64,000 nt of DNA. Source: a virus. Shown here one piece after another: positions 57,660 to 64,000 of the stretch. The notes under the pieces are model-generated. The model saw only the letters and a program-made list of their open reading frames with translations. It made no database searches and was not told where the DNA came from. A program made the translations under genes and the position numbers. How positions within the stretch are numbered: position 1 is the stretch's first letter; the number at the start of each line of letters is the position of its first letter. The stretch is taken from IMG/VR virus record IMGVR_UViG_3300034683_000142, positions 34,885-98,884 of that record, one strand, 5' to 3'.

Positions 57660-57920
57660 TTATTCATTAAATATATAATCATATGTTTCTTTTATATCAT
57701 CGTCAGTTAAATCAGTATATATTATCATATCCATGAAATAATCTAATACATCTAATTTATCTTTTGGAAGAATTTCTATTAGAGTTATATCTAAAGCATT
57801 TTCTAAATTCTTAGTTAAAGGATAGATATCAATATCATATCTTTCTGATAGAAAGTCCTTAGTATTAATACTCTCTCTTATATAATGTGCTAATTTAGCA
57901 AAATTATCTAAACTTATCAT
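57660..57920 (-). CDS. Small acidic protein, tandem paralog 1
   Basis: Same pattern as the other three paralogs. Confidence 0.7.
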   Translation of the reverse strand: MISLDNFAKLAHYIRESINTKDFLSERYDIDIYPLTKNLENALDITLIEILPKDKLDVLDYFMDMIIYTDLTDDDIKETYDYIFNE

Positions 57921-57928
57921 ATTTTATT

Positions 57929-58396
57929 TCATCTTTTAGCTGAATAAACAGCTTGTTTTTTATAATCTATTATTGAATAATTATCCCTTAAATAATCTGA
58001 ACCTAATATTCCTACTATATTAAAACCTTGTGTCTCTAAGTCTTTAATAATAGGACTTAAATCTGAAGTAGAAAAAAGGATACGTCTGCCATCTATGATT
58101 GTAGATACCAAAATAGTTTTTAAATTTGAGGTACCTGATATACCTGTTATAATAGTACTAGTTTCTTCACCTTCTTTACGAAATAAATCAGAGTTATTGA
58201 AATACCAAGTACTATCTATAACAGATAAATTAGCTCCAGAATCTACTATAAATAAAACTTTTTTATTTCCTATATCTTTCTCTATAATAGGAATTTTTAC
58301 TTTATTATTTTTGTTGTTTTTAAAATATTCTACATTATATCCACTACAAGATATAAATAAGAGTAAAGACAGTATAATAATAATTTGTTTAGTCAT
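57929..58396 (-). CDS. Retropepsin-like aspartyl protease, predicted lipoprotein
   Basis: Signal peptide ending LLFISC; FIVDSGANLS and GILGSDYL motifs. Confidence 0.75.
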   Translation of the reverse strand: MTKQIIIILSLLLFISCSGYNVEYFKNNKNNKVKIPIIEKDIGNKKVLFIVDSGANLSVIDSTWYFNNSDLFRKEGEETSTIITGISGTSNLKTILVSTIIDGRRILFSTSDLSPIIKDLETQGFNIVGILGSDYLRDNYSIIDYKKQAVYSAKR

Positions 58397-58790
58397 ATTT
58401 AAGTTTTAATAGTTTATAGAATAACTCTTTTGGTATTATAACATATTCTCCTACACTAACACTGTTTACTTCTCTTTTTTCTTGTGCATTTCAGAATATA
58501 GCCAGTGGTTTATCTTTTTTTCCTACTTCAGCATTAAGTTTTTTAACACTAGGATTAGATTGAGTATTTTTACATTGTACATAGAAATCTAACACATTAT
58601 TGGGATCTGCTATATCTATTTTAGCATCATCTAACCTCTTACTTTCAGATCTAGATGTACATAGTTCAGAATCTCTGGTTATTTCCTTTAATTCATTTAC
58701 AATCTTTCTTTCATAAGAACTTCCTTTTCTCTTATTTTTGCTGCCATTTACTTTTTTCTTGGGTTTTTCCTCTAATTCGTTATTTTCCAT
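58389..58790 (-). CDS. Holliday-junction resolvase-like PD-(D/E)xK nuclease, 133 aa (TGA=Trp at 58493-58491)
   Basis: KRKGSSYERKI...DI...VQCKN. Read-through adds WNAQEKREVNSVSVGEYVIIPKELFYKLLKLKYD and TAA, filling the gap to the next gene. Confidence 0.75.
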
Positions 58791-59829
58791 TGAATATATA
58801 AAAATATTTTGTATTATGAATAGTTTTATCTTGTAGTATTAATTCCATATCTTTGATTATTTCATACCTTTGAACATAGTTTGATTTTTTCCATAAATCA
58901 CTAATATCTTTGGCATATTTTCTTTTTATAAATATACATCTCGTATTATAGAGTTTTTTATATTTTTGAGCACCTTTTACTCCAGCTAAATCATTATCAT
59001 ATAAACATATTATATTATTAAAACTATTTTGTAATTTTTCAAATCTAGCTTTATTTATTACAATAGTTTCAGATATAGGGGCAACTGAATTTATCCCTAT
59101 ACTGTATAATGTCATGACATCTTTTAATGATTTAGTTATTATAAGATTTTCTCCAGAAACTGGAAGTTGTCTTATTCCTTGTAACATGGAAGAGCTCCAA
59201 TTACTTAAAAATCTATATTTAGTTTTTGTTGGAAAATATAATCTCCAGAACTCGTCTCCATTTTTACTTTTACCTCCATAATATCCATATATAGAAGTTT
59301 TTTCTGATGAGCCTGTAAAATAATTTCCATTTAAAAACACAGACTTTACGGAATAAACTCTAAATTTTTTTAATATATCATAAGATATACCGAATTCTTT
59401 CCACCAATTTAACTCCTTTTCAGAAAAATCTTTTGCTTCTATTTGTATATTAGCATGTTTAGTTTCTTCTAAAACATTACCAGAGTATTGTATCTTAGGT
59501 GGATTAGTATCTAGTTTAGTATATGGTATTAATCCAAAATCATTAGCTATTATTCTTAAAGATTGATAATAACTACAATGGAATATATTCATAACTACAG
59601 TTGCAGCATCTCCAGAAATTCCTGCAAAATCCTTAAATATAAGAATCCCATTTTTATTTTTATAGAAAGCACAGGTTGGCCTAGTGTCTTTTCTTAAAAA
59701 AGATGGGCATATAAAGAGTCCCTTTTTTACAGGGACTCCTAAATAATGCTCCATCAATCTTTCTTGTCCTATTGTATTATATAGGAATTCTTTAGTAATC
59801 TTTGGAGCTCCTTCATACTTAAACTCCAT
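58780..59829 (-). CDS. DNA primase (DnaG/TOPRIM type)
   Basis: N-terminal CP...RKDTRPTC, IITKSLKDVM, LYDNDLAG and KDISD motifs. Confidence 0.85.
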   Translation of the reverse strand: MEFKYEGAPKITKEFLYNTIGQERLMEHYLGVPVKKGLFICPSFLRKDTRPTCAFYKNKNGILIFKDFAGISGDAATVVMNIFHCSYYQSLRIIANDFGLIPYTKLDTNPPKIQYSGNVLEETKHANIQIEAKDFSEKELNWWKEFGISYDILKKFRVYSVKSVFLNGNYFTGSSEKTSIYGYYGGKSKNGDEFWRLYFPTKTKYRFLSNWSSSMLQGIRQLPVSGENLIITKSLKDVMTLYSIGINSVAPISETIVINKARFEKLQNSFNNIICLYDNDLAGVKGAQKYKKLYNTRCIFIKRKYAKDISDLWKKSNYVQRYEIIKDMELILQDKTIHNTKYFYIFNGK

Positions 59830-59840
59830 TAATTATTCAA

Positions 59841-60539
59841 TTATAGTCCAGAAACATCAAAATCTAAATCTAAGTTACCTACTTCTGGAAAATCCATTTC
59901 GTCATCTACTTTAGTAGGAGTAGCTTTAGCTTCATTGTTCATATTTGATTTTTCATAAGCAGTAAATGCTAAGTTACTTCCTATAAAATTATTTCTAACG
60001 TATGCTCTTCCTTCTTGATTTATTCCAGTAAAATATTTAGGAAATATTACTTTACCTTCTCGATCTTTTACTAATTTTATTTTAACTGTAGCACCGATAC
60101 CTTTATTAAGAATGGCGACTACATTATTTCTAAATTGTTCCCAGTCTTTACCACCTAGAGTTACCTCCCCTTTATCTATTTTCTTTCCCACTTCTGGGAG
60201 AACTGCATCAATTAAATGCTTAAGTAATAGCATCATATTTTCTTTATTTGAAGCAGAAGGTATTTTTTGCTCTTTACCGTCTCTTACTACAGTATTCTCC
60301 CTTCTTTTGGAGTCCTCTGGTCTAGGTTCAAATATAGTATGCTCAAACTGACCTTTGTCATTTGAGAATTTTATTCTTAGTACTCTAAAAGTTTTATCAG
60401 GTTCTTTTCTACCTTGCATGTCTTCAGAAACTATTCCATCGAATCTTACTTCATGTATTTCGTTTCCTGGTAATTGAGGTTTAAATGTAGATTGTGATGC
60501 ATTTGCAGTAATGTTAAAATTAAATCCGTCCATTGTCAT
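59841..60539 (-). CDS. Single-stranded DNA-binding protein (crAss type)
   Basis: Lies between the Sak4-like ATPase and primase; beta-rich with an acidic/hydrophobic C-tail. Confidence 0.55.
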   Translation of the reverse strand: MTMDGFNFNITANASQSTFKPQLPGNEIHEVRFDGIVSEDMQGRKEPDKTFRVLRIKFSNDKGQFEHTIFEPRPEDSKRRENTVVRDGKEQKIPSASNKENMMLLLKHLIDAVLPEVGKKIDKGEVTLGGKDWEQFRNNVVAILNKGIGATVKIKLVKDREGKVIFPKYFTGINQEGRAYVRNNFIGSNLAFTAYEKSNMNNEAKATPTKVDDEMDFPEVGNLDLDFDVSGL

Positions 60540-60546
60540 TTTCTTA

Positions 60547-61095
60547 TTATAACTTAAATTCTAATTCATCTATCTCATAAGTTTCATCACCATCTACAAG
60601 TAATTGTGCATCGACTTCATCTGATAATTCTATAGCTTCTTCTACTGTTTCAGCCACTTTAGAATTAGATACTAGTTTCCACACTCCATCTCTATATTTT
60701 TGTATAGTAAATTCATCTCCAAATTCACCTAATACTGTATTTTGGTTTCCTCTAAAGGAAACAGTTTTAGATTTGGTAAGTTTATTACCAGCTCCTATTG
60801 TATCAAAAGACACATCAGTTCCTATTACAGGAAATAATTTACCTTTATCTTTCTCATATTCAACAACTACTCTAGATTCAGAAGTTAATCCCATTTCATC
60901 TATAGCTTTATTGTTAAATATTAATTTTCCATCCTCTCTTATAATAAGAGGAGTATTTTCCAATTCTTCTATTACTTCTTTCTTCTTTTTAGTAGTAGTT
61001 TTTTTCTTTACTTCACCTTCTACATGAGCTTTTACGTTAGTAACTTCTCCGGTATCAGTGTCTACATCAAAACTTATAGTTATTGCCTTAACCAT
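60547..61095 (-). CDS. Hypothetical protein
   Basis: 182-aa ORF with an acidic tail, in the replication operon. Confidence 0.65.
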   Translation of the reverse strand: MVKAITISFDVDTDTGEVTNVKAHVEGEVKKKTTTKKKKEVIEELENTPLIIREDGKLIFNNKAIDEMGLTSESRVVVEYEKDKGKLFPVIGTDVSFDTIGAGNKLTKSKTVSFRGNQNTVLGEFGDEFTIQKYRDGVWKLVSNSKVAETVEEAIELSDEVDAQLLVDGDETYEIDELEFKL

Positions 61096-61792
61096 TGTTA
61101 TATTCGTCTATTTTTTCTAAAACATATTTTAGATCGTTATCTATATATAAATCTTCAAAACATCCCATAGGAGTTTTTGCTGTGGTTGTGCCATCAGACT
61201 TAGTGATAAATTTATATTCTATTTTCTTACCATTAGCATCTTCAGTTCTTATTACTTCTGTGAATAGTACATATGTGAATAACCCTTCTATAGTTATAAA
61301 AGTGTCCAACATTTTTCCAACAGTCTTAATTTTATAACTAGGATTGGTAGAATCGCCTATATTTTCACTATGAGTAATTACACAGACTTTTAAATCGTCT
61401 CTCATATTCATAATTTCTTTTAAAACTGAATAAAAATTAGCTGAAATTTGAGAGAACTTATCATACCCTTTTTCATTGGCTCTATCCATCATTTCAAATC
61501 CCATAAGATATTGTGCATCTTCTAAAACTACAACCTTTATATCTGGTCTAGTTTTATCTATAATTTTTAAAGCTTGTGCAATTTTCTTTACATCAGAAGT
61601 ATTATATAAATTACCCACAAACTTTTTTGTTTCTGGGTCTTGCTTAAAAAGAGTGTAATTTTTCTTAAAACCTGGAAAAGGCAAGCTTTTTCCAGTAACA
61701 TTAATAATAAAAGTTGATTTTGGATCTAGATTTCTTAATGAAGTGCTCTTTCCAGATCCCGAAGCACCTACAATAGCTATTGATTCAGCCAT
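61088..61792 (-). CDS. AAA_24/Sak4-like ATPase
   Basis: GASGSGKSTS, VVLEDAQY, KIKTVGKMLD and TAKTPMGCF motifs. Confidence 0.8.
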   Translation of the reverse strand: MAESIAIVGASGSGKSTSLRNLDPKSTFIINVTGKSLPFPGFKKNYTLFKQDPETKKFVGNLYNTSDVKKIAQALKIIDKTRPDIKVVVLEDAQYLMGFEMMDRANEKGYDKFSQISANFYSVLKEIMNMRDDLKVCVITHSENIGDSTNPSYKIKTVGKMLDTFITIEGLFTYVLFTEVIRTEDANGKKIEYKFITKSDGTTTAKTPMGCFEDLYIDNDLKYVLEKIDEYNNG

Positions 61793-61795
61793 TAT

Positions 61796-64000
61796 CTATA
61801 ATTTAAAAACATTCCTATCATCGTTATCTATTGTAGTTGATTTATCTGCTCCAGTTAATAATAAATATTCTGAATAATCAGTAATTTCTTCAGGCTTTGG
61901 TAATTCTCTAAACATTCCTATTTCACCATGAAATACTACTCCTTTATTAACATCAGACTTCCCAAACCTGTTTTTAAGTACCATAACCAGCCTAAACCTA
62001 TCTTTAAGGACATTTTGTATAGGATATCCTTCAACTCTTGGTATTTTCTCTCTATATGGATAATATAAAGCTAATACAACTTCAGAGCCATCAGTAGTTC
62101 CTGAAGTATCTTTAAAATCATCGAGTTGAGTAAGCTCGTATCCATTAAGCTTCCTGTCCATAGACTTTTGTCCTCTATTTAACTGCTGAATAAATACACC
62201 AGTTAATCCACATTTATTTCTAAAATATATAAAATAATCTACGACAGTATCTATTCTTTCTTTTTTAGTTCCTGGCCCTGATATTACAATTTTGTTACCG
62301 TGAATGCTTTTTATCACTCACTTCTATATGTCACCATATAGTTCAGCATATATTTTCATCCTAAAGATTAGGATGTAGAGCTCTCGTGGGTATATTATAT
62401 TCTCAATTAAGAGGTTCAATACCTATGCGTTGCATTACTAAATAACTTTTAAATTACTTAGTTAACTCAATGTCATCTTTGTAAAATACATCTTTTTTTC
62501 TACTTAAATAAATAGTACTATCATCGTAGAGAAATTTTTTAAACTTTTCTAAAGAATCTTTTTTTGATACAAATAATCTATACATATCTTTGTAAGATGT
62601 AGAATATTCATCAGATAAAGGTTTTCTCATTACCTTACCAGCTCTTTTTTCTACATTTATTCTTGTGTCTATATTATAGTCATTTATAATAGTCTGTAAT
62701 TTAATAAGGAAATTTTCATTTATAGAAGCTATATTAGCTTTTAAATATTTTCTATCATAAAATACAGTACCATCACCATCGAAATAACCTCTAATAAAAT
62801 GTCTTAATAGAGATTCTTCCATTTCAGGTATTTCTAGTTCTTTATAAGTTTTTTCATATACACATCCTAAATTTATTAAGTTTTTACAGAATAAACTGGA
62901 ACTAATTTTTAAAATAATAGAATTTCCATTTACTATTATATCTTGTTCAGGACATATATAATCTTTTATTTTTTCTAACAATGCTCTATCACTTTCTGCA
63001 TTTTTTAGTTTTATACAGGCTTGATCTTGATGTGTAATACATCCATCAGAATACCAAAAACCAACAATATAGGCTTCAATTTCATTATTAATAGATTTAG
63101 CATCTCATAATAATTCTTTTCTACTAGTTCTTTTTGGATTTTCTACTTTACTAGTTAAACCATACTTTTTAAAGTGATATGATGCAGAAAAGTTATACTT
63201 CTCTCCGATTTGTTTTTGTGTATAATTTCCTTCCTTGTATTCTTTATACACTTCTTTTACTTTTTCTTCTGTTCACATAATTTTTATTTTTGAATTAAAC
63301 ATATTACAAAAATATAAAAATCTGTGGTCAAAAATGTATAAAATACAATTTATTTAAAATAATACACTGTGATGTATTTCAAAGGTTTCCTTTGATTTAG
63401 CTCTATTTTCACTTATATATTACTATATAAGGGGGCTAATAGTTTACCCCATATGATCGATTATAGCTACTTTATATTCTTCTATATCATTTTCTACATA
63501 ATCTTCTTTATGTTCATTGATAGGAATAAAAGTACCAAATCTTTTTAGCCAATCTTTTAATGTGCCATATATATAATTAGGAGATAAGGGTCTATCATAT
63601 ATAGTAAGGGTATTTTCCAGTTTATTTAAAAATGGAACACATTTATTTACTATTTTGAGTTTATCATCACTAATAGGCTTAGTTAATGATAATATTTCTT
63701 CAAAAGTGATAACTACATGATACTCATCATATATATATCTAGATAATAATTTTGCATATAATACTTCAGAAGCCATTTCAAAAGAGTAATATAAAATATT
63801 AACTTTTCTACTTCCAGCATTTTTAATAAGATTATATACAAATATATCTAATCCAAAACTTGTCTTTCCTCCAGAAGTATCGGCTCCTATTGTATATATA
63901 TATCTTCTCTGAATACCATAAAGAACTTTATCTATAGCAGGTAATCCCATAGAAATACCTATATTCTTTCCAGACCTACCATCTTCTATTTGTTTTAGTA
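61796..64000 (-). CDS. DnaB-like (SF4) replicative helicase, split by a group I intron (exons >64000-63446 and 62286-61796; start outside the window)
   Basis: GADTSGGKTS (Walker A) and SFEM. The spliced junction gives IIDHMG-L-ISG; also QQLNR and LKNRFG. Confidence 0.88.
62454..63278 (-). CDS. Intron-encoded LAGLIDADG homing endonuclease, 274 aa (TGA=Trp at codons 2 and 58)
   Basis: ATG-TGA-ACA-GAA-GAA-AAA (MWTEEK), in frame with 62454..62981. Motifs AYIVGFWYSDG and FIRGYFDGDG. Confidence 0.85.
63307..63314 (-). promoter_or_regulatory. Candidate TAnnTTTG promoter inside the helicase intron, upstream of the endonuclease
   Basis: TATTTTTG(TAATA) ~30 nt before ATG 63278, with the same TTTGTAATA context as the 52973 site. 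Confidence 0.35.

Larger units (their letters stand above)
62287..63445 (-). mobile_element. Group I intron in the helicase (1159 nt)
   Basis: P1 GGGGT/GCCCC with U.G at the splice site; P3 AGAGCT/AGCTCT; P7 GCATA/TATGC; terminal G. Splicing restores the frame (T|TA = Leu). Confidence 0.85.

Noticed and set aside
39550-61658. Plus-strand ORFs within the - block (e.g. 43077, 54655, 58095, 60773)
   Set aside because: They are antisense shadows overlapping well-supported genes.

Overview
This AT-rich window comes from a Crassvirales (crAss-like) bacteriophage, probably infecting Bacteroidota. It holds two convergent gene blocks that meet at twin terminators near 38.7 kb. The + strand block (1-38692) is the late/virion region: a tail protein C-terminus, cargo proteins and four giant proteins, including the virion RNA polymerase (GSDFDVD motif). 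It looks fragmented in the ORF track only because TGA is read as Trp. About 50 in-frame TGAs join the fragments into contiguous ORFs of up to ~3,500 aa. The - strand block (39.2-64 kb) is the replication and nucleotide-metabolism region: ThyX, ligase, dUTPase, class II RNR, primase, SSB, a Sak4-like ATPase and a DnaB-like helicase. It uses TGG for Trp almost exclusively. Three group I introns, two in nrdJ and one in the helicase, each carry a LAGLIDADG endonuclease. Highlights: (1) Within the TGA-free block, in-frame TGAs occur only in two intron endonucleases and a Holliday-junction resolvase, plus one TGA that would fuse two genes, suggesting the code switch acts as a timer. (2) A 227-nt tRNA-shaped RNA has ~150 extra nt in place of the anticodon arm and a candidate UCA anticodon loop. 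(3) The RNA polymerase carries an RNase H domain nested inside a SLOG (cpYpsA-like) domain. (4) The four giant proteins (~9,200 aa) contain only six cysteines, all at facing termini, suggesting a head-to-tail covalent chain. All assignments come from motif recognition by eye; no database searches were run.
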